A stretch of DNA of 64,000 bases from an uncultured Clostridium sp. (GTDB taxonomy: Bacteria > Bacillota > Clostridia > TANB77 > CAG-508), in NCBI GenBank assembly GCA_902462295.1, contig CABQAZ010000001.1, positions 12,215-76,214 of the forward strand, in the 5' to 3' direction. Shown here piece by piece: positions 8,216-18,300 of this stretch; position 1 is the first letter of the stretch; each line of letters begins with the position of its first letter. Under the pieces are notes generated by a model. The model did no database searches and was not told the DNA's origin. It saw nothing but the letters and a program-made list of their open reading frames with translations. Position numbers and translations under genes: made by a program.

Positions 8216-9316
8216 ATGATAAAAGATATAATTAAATATGGAGAAGCAGAAATAACTTATAGAAACAAGAAACTATTGTCGGAAAAGCCTAAATTAAAAA
8301 ATTTGTTTTGGGAAACGACACTTAGATGTAATGCTAACTGTAAACATTGTGGAAGTCGAGCTGGTGAAAATTTAAAATTAGAAGATGAATTAACTACTGA
8401 AGAAATTAAGAAAATTCTACAAGATATAGCTAATAAGTATGATTCAAGAGAAATACTGATAAATGTTACAGGAGGGGAGCCATTATTAAGACAAGATTTG
8501 TTTAGAGTAATGGAATTTGCTAATAAATTAGGATATTATTGGGGAATGACTACAAATGGAATTTTAATAAATGATGAAATAATTGAAAAAATGAAACAAA
8601 CTGGAATGAGTACAATTTCAATAAGTTTGGATGGATTAGAAAAATCTCACGATGAATTTAGACAAGTAAAAGGTTCATACAAAAAAATAATTGAAAATGT
8701 AAAGAAGCTAAATAAAGCTAATTTTTTAAATTATTTGCAAATAACAACTGTTGTAAATAAATCAAATATAAATGAATTAGAACAACTTTATAATGAAATA
8801 TTAGCATTACAAATAGATTCATGGAGAATCTTGAATATGGAGCCAATTGGTAGAACAGCTGATAATCAAGATTTGCTACTTAATGGTAACGAATATAAAA
8901 CTTTGCTAAACTTTATAAAAGAAAAACGAAAAAAATCAAATTTTGATATTACATATGGGTGTTCTCATTTTTTAGGTATGAAATATGAAAAGGAAGTTAG
9001 AAATCATATGTTTTTTTGCATTGCTGGATTTATTACAGCTAGTATATTGTATAATGGGGATATTTATGTTTGCCCTAGTGTTGAACGAAGAAAAGAATTA
9101 ATACAAGGAAATATTCGAACAGATGATTTTGTAGATGTTTGGGAAAATAAATTTAAATGGTTTAGAAGTTTGGACAAATTAAAATGTGAAAAATGTGAGA
9201 ATTGTAATGAGTGGAAATATTGTTTAGGAGGCTCTTTGCATAATTGGGACTTCAATAATAGAACACAAAAATTTTGTTTAAATGAAATTTTAAAAGGAGA
9301 TGTATCAAATGAATAA
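8216..9316 (+). CDS. Radical SAM / SPASM-domain protein (peptide-maturase-like)
   Basis: CNANCKHC (CxxxCxxC) and GGEPLL motifs, plus a C-terminal Cys-rich SPASM-like segment CEKCENCNEWKYCLGG. Confidence 0.75.
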   Translation: MIKDIIKYGEAEITYRNKKLLSEKPKLKNLFWETTLRCNANCKHCGSRAGENLKLEDELTTEEIKKILQDIANKYDSREILINVTGGEPLLRQDLFRVMEFANKLGYYWGMTTNGILINDEIIEKMKQTGMSTISISLDGLEKSHDEFRQVKGSYKKIIENVKKLNKANFLNYLQITTVVNKSNINELEQLYNEILALQIDSWRILNMEPIGRTADNQDLLLNGNEYKTLLNFIKEKRKKSNFDITYGCSHFLGMKYEKEVRNHMFFCIAGFITASILYNGDIYVCPSVERRKELIQGNIRTDDFVDVWENKFKWFRSLDKLKCEKCENCNEWKYCLGGSLHNWDFNNRTQKFCLNEILKGDVSNE

Positions 9317-9608
9317 AATGAAAAAGGTAATATCAAGTATTGGAGCTTTTTTTGTTTGTATGATATCTAAAGTATATGCAATTGAAACGGGTGACATAAT
9401 ATCAATGTATGCAGTAGATCCAGGTCCAAGACGAACTATTCAAACTATTGGAAAAATAACAAATCCATTTGTGTTATTTATTATAGGATTAATTGTAATA
9501 CTTAATAAAAGGATTACTAAAAAAGTAAAAGCGATAGTAGTTTCAATTTTAGCTATATTAGCAATACTTGGCATAGTTTTAAGTAATTATTTATCTACAA
9601 TTATTTAA
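9309..9608 (+). CDS. Small membrane protein (signal or TM anchor plus two TM helices)
   Basis: ATG at 9309 is better spaced from AAAGGAG than the track start at 9300. Hydrophobic segments VISSIGAFFVCMI, FVLFIIGLIVIL and IVVSILAILAILGIVL. It overlaps the rSAM gene end. Confidence 0.45.
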   Translation: MNKMKKVISSIGAFFVCMISKVYAIETGDIISMYAVDPGPRRTIQTIGKITNPFVLFIIGLIVILNKRITKKVKAIVVSILAILAILGIVLSNYLSTII

Positions 9609-10162
9609 AGATAAAAAGGTAGGTATTGTTAAATATAAAGAAATACATTAAATTTAAAATATAATTAAGGAGTGAATATAATATGGATATAGTTCAATAA
9701 AAGAGTTAATAGATAGAAATACAGTTGAAACGTAAATTAAATAAATTTAGTGTAGAAGATAAAACAATATTAGAGGATGTAAGAGATTGCTTGTATTATA
9801 AAGATAATTTAAAAGTTGGACAAGTTACAGTTACACACCTAGCAATAGCAAATATGAAATTATGTACCAAATTTGATAGTGCTCAATATTGAAGATTTTA
9901 AAATTAGGAAATATGGAAGAATAAGATTAAGATATTTAAAAGAAAACAAAAAAAAGCATAATATATGGTAATGCTTATGGAAAACAAACTACAAGAGCAT
10001 TTAATAAAGAGAGATAAAACAGCAAATGAAAGGTTTGAACTGCTAATGAAACAATTTGCAGAAAGAGAGTTGATAGTAGAAGAATGTATTAAGAACTAAA
10101 AATAAAGAATTGGGGATAGGGAAAATTACTTTTATTTTAAGAATTTAGAATTAATTAATTAA

Positions 10163-10190
10163 AGGAGCAGATCTTACTGCTCCTTTGATA
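10163..10190. terminator. Bidirectional hairpin terminator
   Basis: aaaggagcag atcttact gctccttt, downstream of the minus-strand operon. Confidence 0.5.
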
Positions 10191-10214
10191 ATATTTCTAA
10201 AAATATTTAATATG

Positions 10215-10661
10215 CTATTTTTGGAAAAAGTTTTTAATTTTATCAAAAATTCTTTTAAACAGAGGTTTCTTATATTCTATTAAAGCAACTGAATATTCTT
10301 GTTTTTCATCAGTTGAAATACTAACAGTTTTATTTTTAAAAATATTATCATAATTATATTTTTTGTTTCTTAAATCTTCTTCCACAATGTCTTTATATTT
10401 GTCATATCGAACAATTCTTTTCCTTTCTTCAGCTGAAATAAAATATGATATATATATTTCTTTTAAAAGTTCTTTAGTTTCTTCAAGTAATTGTTGATTC
10501 TGTAAGCTAATATTTGGATTAATATTTACTACGTAATTATCATTTTTATTTTCTTTCAAAAAATTGATAAACTTTTTAGAAATTTTATTTTGTTCATTAT
10601 ATGGTAGACACTTAATTATAAAAAGTGTTTCGGCGAAAGCATTATTATATGTTAAGTTCAT
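10215..10661 (-). CDS. Hypothetical protein (148 aa)
   Basis: Overlaps the upstream 536-aa gene by 17 nt, suggesting translational coupling. No family recognised. Confidence 0.5.
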   Translation of the reverse strand: MNLTYNNAFAETLFIIKCLPYNEQNKISKKFINFLKENKNDNYVVNINPNISLQNQQLLEETKELLKEIYISYFISAEERKRIVRYDKYKDIVEEDLRNKKYNYDNIFKNKTVSISTDEKQEYSVALIEYKKPLFKRIFDKIKNFFQK

Positions 10662-12246
10662 TTTCCGTACCTCCCAACTCTTTATTTGTAAGAATACCTT
10701 TTATTTTTTGTAACAAATTACCTTTTGATTTAATTTGAGCGAATGCACCTATATCTGTTGAACTATAAGATCCTTCTATAGCTTGATTTTCAGTATTTAA
10801 TTCTGGATTGAACTTTCTTTTTTCTATCTCATAAGCATCATATATTTGTATTGGAAGTCCTGTAGTGTTGCTATATTCTTCAGCTTGCATTAATAATTCT
10901 TCTGACAATTCTGCAGTATCTTTAACAACCATAATATAAGCAGGTTCTATTTGAGTCCAATCTACTAAAGTTTCATTTGTTCCACCATTTTCAATATGTT
11001 CCAATACCTCTGGAATTGCTGCTGAATTTTTTTCAAAAGAAAATCTATCTAGTGCGTTGTTATATCCTATATTTATTGTTTTTATAGCATTTATAGGAAC
11101 GGCTGAAAAAACTATAGCAATTTTTCTAGCTAAATGTGGGTGTAAAGCACCAATTTTACTAATAGAACATGATAAATTAGTATGAGGTGCTGTAATAACA
11201 TAATTAAAAGAACTATTTGTGTATCTATTTTTTAATGGAATTCTTGAACTTAAATCAAATGGATTTTTTCTTGAATTCATATAATCCGACAGCATATCAC
11301 TTGCTTCTTCTGAATCAAGTTCAGGGTCAAACTTTCTATCATATTTAGACTCTATAAAAGCTTTTATACACTCAACTACAACACTATCAAAAAATTCATC
11401 TTGTGTAATATCACTTTTTTCCCCAAAGTCTGGAATAAAATGTAATAATAATAAGCTTTCATCATTAGGATTATCAATTATTTTCTTGTTAGGGGGGTTA
11501 AGTCTAGATAAAAGTATAGATCTATTTATTTTTTCATAATCAGAATAACATTGTTTTAGCAAAGGTAACATACTATTATTTTTTTGTTTCAGCATTGTAT
11601 GTATTGAATTTAATTGTTGAATAAGTCTATCTAATTGTTGAATTTCGTCTGGTATTTTTGTAAAATCTCTTAAAGATAGTATTCTTTCTTTTAGTAAATC
11701 ATAATTTTCAATATAAGGAATTGAATCTTGTCCAAATGTTTCGTCCAAACTTATTCTTTGTTTTATTTTTTCCAATTCTGTCTTAGGAAGATATATATCT
11801 GTTCTAGCACTAAATATTCCTAATCTAATTTCTTTTGATATTTTATCTTGATTTTTATCTAGTTCTTCCGTTCCATAGCAATTAATCAATTTTGCTACTT
11901 CTAATAATATTATGGTTCTAGCTCTTTCTTCAAAATGATTTAAATTCCCAGTTCTTTGAAATATATTTTCAGATACCATTGGTATATTAACACTTTTTTC
12001 AAATTCTTTATCATGTCTTATTGTGCGCTTTTCTTCAATCATTATCTTATCTTTTAATTCATCAGTACTTAAAACCATTTTTAATAAATAATCTTTGTAT
12101 TTTTGATATATTGACTGTATATCTTCTTTAGTGCCTTTAAATTCAATAATAGTATCTAAATAATCATTATATTCATCTAAACATACTTGCTGAAAATTAT
12201 CTATTTGTATAATATTACCAAAATTATCAAATTCTTTTTCATACAT
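10645..12246 (-). CDS. Hypothetical large protein (about 533 aa), no recognisable motif
   Basis: Long ORF. The likely start MYEKEF at 12246 has GGAGAA 8 nt upstream. No Walker, HD or nuclease motifs seen. Confidence 0.55.
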   Translation of the reverse strand: MYEKEFDNFGNIIQIDNFQQVCLDEYNDYLDTIIEFKGTKEDIQSIYQKYKDYLLKMVLSTDELKDKIMIEEKRTIRHDKEFEKSVNIPMVSENIFQRTGNLNHFEERARTIILLEVAKLINCYGTEELDKNQDKISKEIRLGIFSARTDIYLPKTELEKIKQRISLDETFGQDSIPYIENYDLLKERILSLRDFTKIPDEIQQLDRLIQQLNSIHTMLKQKNNSMLPLLKQCYSDYEKINRSILLSRLNPPNKKIIDNPNDESLLLLHFIPDFGEKSDITQDEFFDSVVVECIKAFIESKYDRKFDPELDSEEASDMLSDYMNSRKNPFDLSSRIPLKNRYTNSSFNYVITAPHTNLSCSISKIGALHPHLARKIAIVFSAVPINAIKTINIGYNNALDRFSFEKNSAAIPEVLEHIENGGTNETLVDWTQIEPAYIMVVKDTAELSEELLMQAEEYSNTTGLPIQIYDAYEIEKRKFNPELNTENQAIEGSYSSTDIGAFAQIKSKGNLLQKIKGILTNKELGGTENELNI

Positions 12247-12267
12247 AGTTATCATTCTCCAAATTTT

Positions 12268-12431
12268 TAAATTTCAATACATTCTTCTAAATTGTTATTC
12301 CACCAATATTTTGAATGAACTTTTGAAATTTGAGTTCCTGCTACTAATCTTTTTTCTAATAATGTATTTATTATTTTATTAGCTATTTCTTCCTTATTAC
12401 AAAGTGTTGTTACAATTATATATTTATTCAT
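12268..12431 (-). pseudogene. cutA: CutA1-like (divalent-cation tolerance / PII-like) N-terminal half, truncated
   Basis: Sub-threshold 54-aa ORF MNKYIIVTTLCNKEEIANKIINTLLEKRLVAGTQISKVHSKYWWNNNLEECIEI. It aligns with the first half of CutA ([51 protein letters not shown]) and stops where the conserved C-terminal half should begin. Confidence 0.45.
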
Positions 12432-12432
12432 A

Positions 12433-12861
12433 TTATTTTTCACTCCTTAATTTAGATATTAGGATTTCAGCATTTTTATAAGTTGTAGAATTTTCTCCAT
12501 ATCTATTTTTAATGTCATCAAGTCTTTTGTCATAGCCGACATCATTACCATATTTATCAATTTGCATATCTGCTTTATTTAATATTTCTAAAAATAATGA
12601 TTTATATTCTGTATTTATGTCTCCGTGATAATAAATCTCTTTCCAATATTTATAATTGTTTCTATTTAATATTTCTCCACCTATATGTCCATGATTAGAA
12701 TTATCTCCATATTCATAACCAATATCGTGATTAAACCCTAATAAAAACAAATCTTGTAATTCATTATCATTCAAGTTGTATTCTTTTCCTATTTCAATTA
12801 TTTTTTTTGCAACAGCTAACGAATGTCTTAATCTATCATTATCTATCATTTTAAACTCCAT
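12433..12861 (-). CDS. HD-domain protein (small HD phosphohydrolase)
   Basis: LRHSLAVAKK...GFNHDIGYEY...NHGHIGGEIL carries the H...HD signature. Confidence 0.6.
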   Translation of the reverse strand: MEFKMIDNDRLRHSLAVAKKIIEIGKEYNLNDNELQDLFLLGFNHDIGYEYGDNSNHGHIGGEILNRNNYKYWKEIYYHGDINTEYKSLFLEILNKADMQIDKYGNDVGYDKRLDDIKNRYGENSTTYKNAEILISKLRSEK

Positions 12862-13137
12862 AATTATATTTATTTTAAAAATTTATCTAAAGTAAATTCT
12901 TTGTTATATTCATCAACTATTACATAGTTAGATTCGTTTTTTTTCATTATAATGGATTATTTCACACCTCATAAAAAATTTTATAAAATTTTAGAAAACT
13001 AGTTAACTTTTATAAAAATATATTATGTATGCGATATATAGTTTTTATGACTTATCTATAATAGTTATATAATTTTTTAGAAATATTGTCAATAGATGGT
13101 AACTTTTAAAAATATACAAACGAAAGGAGGATTGATT

Positions 13138-13347
13138 ATGAATACACCTAAATTCAAAGAAAAGTCTATGCCAATAATTTATACAACTAAAGATAAAATG
13201 TTTTATATTAGTAGAGTTAAATGTTTAGAGCTATTTCACAGAGCTGATTTTCTAGCACAGAAGTATGTCAGAGATTTTGGAATTGAAGCAAAGGCTTGTA
13301 TAAAGTCTTTTAAAAGGATTTGTTCACGGAGATATTATAAGTGCTAA
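13138..13347 (+). CDS. Small hypothetical protein
   Basis: RBS AAAGGAGG lies 7 nt before ATG at 13138. Confidence 0.35.
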   Translation: MNTPKFKEKSMPIIYTTKDKMFYISRVKCLELFHRADFLAQKYVRDFGIEAKACIKSFKRICSRRYYKC

Positions 13348-13587
13348 TGTAATGCTAGATAAAAATAATAAAATATATTTTATAAATTAGCCAATGCAAT
13401 GTGCATACTTCAAACAGAATATATAATAAAAACTGATGGAGATTCAAAAGAAAATCAATACTGGCTAAATGAAAGCATAAAAGGATATTATTGTAGTGGT
13501 AATATAAGTAATATTATAAATAAAATAGATTAGGTTATAGGTATAAAGGAATTATAAAAAATGAAATAATAATGAGATTAAAAATAA

Positions 13588-13628
13588 AAAAACTCCTCAT
13601 TGAAATTATAAATTGAGGAGTTTTTCTA
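13588..13628. terminator. Bidirectional terminator
   Basis: aaaaaactcctcattgaaattataaattgaggagttttt. Confidence 0.6.
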
Positions 13629-13641
13629 ACTTTTACGCTTG

Positions 13642-13923
13642 TTATTTCCAACAGAGCTTTGCTGGTGAATTGTATTCACTTGGTTTGTAATCTAAGTGAT
13701 GCACAGTTGCAAAATCTTTTAATTCTTCAGCTGTATACGATTCTCCAGCAGGTAATCCTCCCTCTGTTCCAAACCAAAAGTATGCTTCCAATTTTCCACT
13801 TTCAGCAGCTTTATTACAAATAGCTGTAAAATGTTCTTCAATTATTTGTTGATGGTCTTTCTCAACAAATTTGTTATTTATTGCCTGCATAGTCTTTCTT
13901 TGTAATTTTTCGCGTAATGTCAT
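13642..13923 (-). CDS. Hypothetical protein (93 aa)
   Basis: ORF with RBS AGGAGG. An upstream hairpin lies in the leader. Confidence 0.45.
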   Translation of the reverse strand: MTLREKLQRKTMQAINNKFVEKDHQQIIEEHFTAICNKAAESGKLEAYFWFGTEGGLPAGESYTAEELKDFATVHHLDYKPSEYNSPAKLCWK

Positions 13924-14445
13924 AAATGTTCCTCCTTGTATTACTCGGAGGTGTACCCTCCGAGATTTTTACTAATTCCCTTTGGGTATAATAGATAATT
14001 AACTAAAGTATAACATATTTTACATAAAATTGCAAATTTATTACTTTTCAAATAGTGGAAAATGGTTTCAAGTGAAATGAAAAAGTAAATTCTATTTATA
14101 AAAATATAAAATGTAGAAAGATATCAGAAAATAGATTTAGAAATCAACAAAATCAAAAGAAAAGTAACGGATTATCATTATAAAGCAAGAATGGGATTAT
14201 AACTATAAGTTCCATTCTTTTTTCTCTATTCATATTCAATTAAATTCAATACTAATTCTTAACACAAATCACTTGAATATTAGAAAAAACTATAGTAAAA
14301 TAAAAAAGTCATATTATCAGAAAAAATCTGTTTTTAGGCAAAGTTTAAGAATGAAAAGCTTTTAATTCTAAGAAAAACTAAAGAAACACAATTACAAATA
14401 AACAAGCCATAATATTTGTAAAACTAAAATTAGGAGGTGTAATAT

Positions 14446-15087
14446 ATGGCAGAAAAAGTATCTAAAAAGAGACCTGTAGTAGAACGGATAACAGAATTTA
14501 ACCAAGAAAATCAACAAAAAAATAGCGAAGTAATAATTATCAATGGATTATACATTATGCAAATTACAGAAGAATATCCTATTGTAGAGTACAGATGTAA
14601 TAAAATAAATGAACTCAGTTTTGAAACTACTAATTATTTAAACGCATTTATTGAAAGCATTAAAGTATCAAATGTATTTAATTTTAAAGAATACTATGTA
14701 AAAGATGGAATATTATACAGTGAAATAATTAGAAGTGGTATAGCAATATATTATAAAGAGAACTCTGGAATTAGACAAACAATTCTTAATGGAGTAATAC
14801 GTGCATTTTTGCTTGAGGAACCAAATCTTGTTATATCTCCTGAGGGAATACTGATTTTCTATACAGAAAGACATATTATGGCAACTGTTGACTGCAAAGA
14901 TTATTGTTGGATTAGTTCTAATATAATTGATATAATAGGAAAAAAAGTTAAAAGTATTGAATCTTGTGATACTCATTGTAAAGTTATTTTAGTGGATAAT
15001 GAAAAAAATGAACATTATTTTAACTTAAAGTTTGAGCTTAATATTTTAAAACGACAGATTATTTGTCCAAAGGTTTCGGAAAGTTAA
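14446..15087 (+). CDS. Hypothetical protein (213 aa)
   Basis: RBS AGGAGGTG precedes the ATG. No family recognised. Confidence 0.5.
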   Translation: MAEKVSKKRPVVERITEFNQENQQKNSEVIIINGLYIMQITEEYPIVEYRCNKINELSFETTNYLNAFIESIKVSNVFNFKEYYVKDGILYSEIIRSGIAIYYKENSGIRQTILNGVIRAFLLEEPNLVISPEGILIFYTERHIMATVDCKDYCWISSNIIDIIGKKVKSIESCDTHCKVILVDNEKNEHYFNLKFELNILKRQIICPKVSES

Positions 15088-15337
15088 GATACTAAAAAAA
15101 GGATTGTCATAATATACAGTGATAGTCCTTTTTTATTTTGAAAAATAGGTTACAAGATTGCTTTAAGAGTCTTTTCCACTATCCAGTAACAAAAATAATA
15201 TATAAAAAATAGATTCTATTGATAATAAAACCATATTATGATAATATATTCATAGATTTTAAACTAGAGAAAAAAATAATAAAGAGAATAGATTGTTGCA
15301 TGTAAAAGTAGCAATCTTTTTAAAAGAAGGTGAAAAA

Positions 15338-18300
15338 ATGGCAGAAAAAAAAGCGAATAATATTGAAGAGCAAAAAGAAACAAAAAAGAAAAGAAAAATA
15401 GGAGAAGTATTCAGTGACTATAAAACAAATAGCAATATAGCAGATGCTGAAATTATAAAAATAAACTTAATAAAAAAGTTAAATACAATAGAAATTGAAG
15501 CATATTCAAAAGAATATATTGAAATAAAAGAAATATGGTATTTTGAAAAATTTTTAAGAGAAAGATTTCAATTTGGGCAAGTACATATGATAATACAATA
15601 CAATGAAGGAGTACGAAAAAAATCTATAGAAGAAGAATGGGAAAATTTAATTTGTTATATGGCACATAAATATCCATTAATGAGACCGCTATTATTACTA
15701 AAAAGTAAGATAGATGTTAAAGAAAAAGAAATAAACATATATATGAAGATTAAAGGTGCAGAATTTTTAAAAGCAAGAAAATTAGATAGAGAGTTAGAAA
15801 ATGTAATATATAACTTATTTCAAAAAAAATATATAGTAAATATAGAAGAAAGGATTACAGAACAAGAAGTAAAATCTTTTCAAGAAAAAACTAAGGAGAT
15901 TGAAGAACAAGCTGTACATGAAGCTATGAGAGGAATAGCAATAAGAAAACATCAAGAAGAACAATACAATAAATCAGAAACGTTAAATAATATGCCAGTT
16001 GATATACCACCAATACCAGAAGGACCATACAATGATGCAGACTATGTAGCACCTGTTGATGATAGTGGATATATTCCTGAAATGGATGGATATGCACCAG
16101 AAATTGAGGAACTTCCACAAGCAGAAAATATAATATTTGGAAAAGCATCAAGAGCAAAAGAAAAGAAATTAAAAATAAAAGAAATAGATGCAAACTCAGG
16201 AAGAATTACTTTAGAGGGAAGAATAGTAAACAGTGAATGTAGAGAAACTAAAACTGGAAAAGGAATGCTAATATTTGAGATTTATGATGGAACAGGAATA
16301 ATCACATGTAAATCATTTGCAGAAGATGGAGCAAAGGGAAATGAAATCTTAGAAAAAATGAAGTCTGCTAAAGCGATAAAAACTACAGGAAAAGCTGGAT
16401 TAGATGCATATGCAGGAGACATTACAGTAATGGCCAATATTATAGCAGAAATAAGTGATGATGGATTGCCTCCAATTCCAGAAGAAGATGATAGCTCACC
16501 ATTAATCTTGGGTTCTGCTCCAATAATAAAAGAACCATTAGTTAAAATTACAGACTTAAATCCAGAGTCAGGAAGTGTATGTATAGACGGCGAAATTCAA
16601 GCAATGGAAGACAAAGAAACAAAATCAGGAAAAGTAATTTTAAGTATAGACATATATGATGGAACAAGTACAATGACATGTAAAGCATTTTTGCCGGGAA
16701 ATAATGCAAAGAAAATTATCAAACGTTTAAAATCAGCACCGGCAATCAAACTTGCTGGAAAAGCACAGATGGATACATTTTCTAATGAATTAACAGTAAT
16801 GGCAAACACTATTATTGTATCAGAACCAAAACCAAAAACAGTAAGAATGGATAATGCAGAAGTAAAGAGAGTAGAATTACATATGCATACCAAAATGAGT
16901 GCAATGGATGCAATGACATCTGCAACAGATTTGATAAAAAGAGCTATGAAATGGGGAATGAAATCAATAGCAATTACAGACCATGGAGTTGTACAAGCAT
17001 TTCCAGAAGCATATCATTTACTTGGAAGAGATAACCAAGACATGAAAGTTATTTATGGTGTAGAAGCATATTTAGCACCAGATAAAGAAAATTCAGTAAC
17101 AAATGCAAAAGGACAACCATTAGATACAACATATTGTGTACTAGACCTAGAGACAACAGGATTTTCAGCTGTTACAGAGAAAATAACAGAAGTAGGAATA
17201 ATGAAAGTCAAAAATGGAGAAGTAATAGATGAATTTAGTTGTTTTGTAAATCCAGAAAAACCAATACCCCAAAGGGTTGTGGATGTAACACATATTACAG
17301 ATGATATGGTAAAAGATGCAGAAACAATAGATAAAGTATTTCCTAAAGTATTAGAATTTTTAGGTGATTCAATAATAGTTGCACATAATGCTAAATTTGA
17401 TGTAGGATTTTTAAAACAAAATGCAAAAATTTTAGGCTATGAATTTGATTATACAGTTATTGATACCTTAACACTTGCAAAAGACGTATTTCCGAATATG
17501 AAAAAATACAAATTAGGCAAAATTGCAGACGAATTAGGAATAAAAGTAGAAGTGGCACATAGAGCTTTAGATGATGTGGATACAACAGTAAAAGTATTTA
17601 ATGTAATGTTAGACAAATTAAGAGATAGAGGTGTTACAAAAGTTGAAGAAATTGATACAATAGGAAGAGATGAAAATGCTAAAAAAGAAGAATACAAAAA
17701 ATTAAATACATATCATGCAATAATTTTAGCAAAAAATTATATAGGATTAAGAAATCTTTATAAATTAGTATCATTATCACATTTACATTATTTTTACAAA
17801 AGACCACGTATATTAAAAAGTTTGTACAAAAAATATTCAGAAGGATTAATATTAGGTAGTGCATGTGAAGCGGGAGAATTATATCAAGCAATAGAACTTG
17901 GAAAATCTGATGAAGAAATAGAAAATATAGCAAGAGATTATGATTATTTAGAAATTCAACCAATAGGAAATAATGACTTCTTAGTAAGAAATGGAGTAGT
18001 TCCAGATAGAGAATACCTAAAAGACATAAATAGAAAAATTGTAGCATTAGGAGAAAAACTAAACAAGCTAGTTGTTGCAACATGTGATGTTCACTTTATG
18101 GACCCACAAGATGAAATATATAGACGTATATTAGAAGCAGGCCAAGGATATAAAGATGCAGATGAACAAGCACCATTATATTTAAGAACAACTGAAGAAA
18201 TGCTTAAAGAATTCGAATATTTAGGAGAAGAAAAAGCATATGAAGTAGTTGTAACAAACACAAATAAAGTTGCAGATATGTGTGATAGAATAGACCCAAT

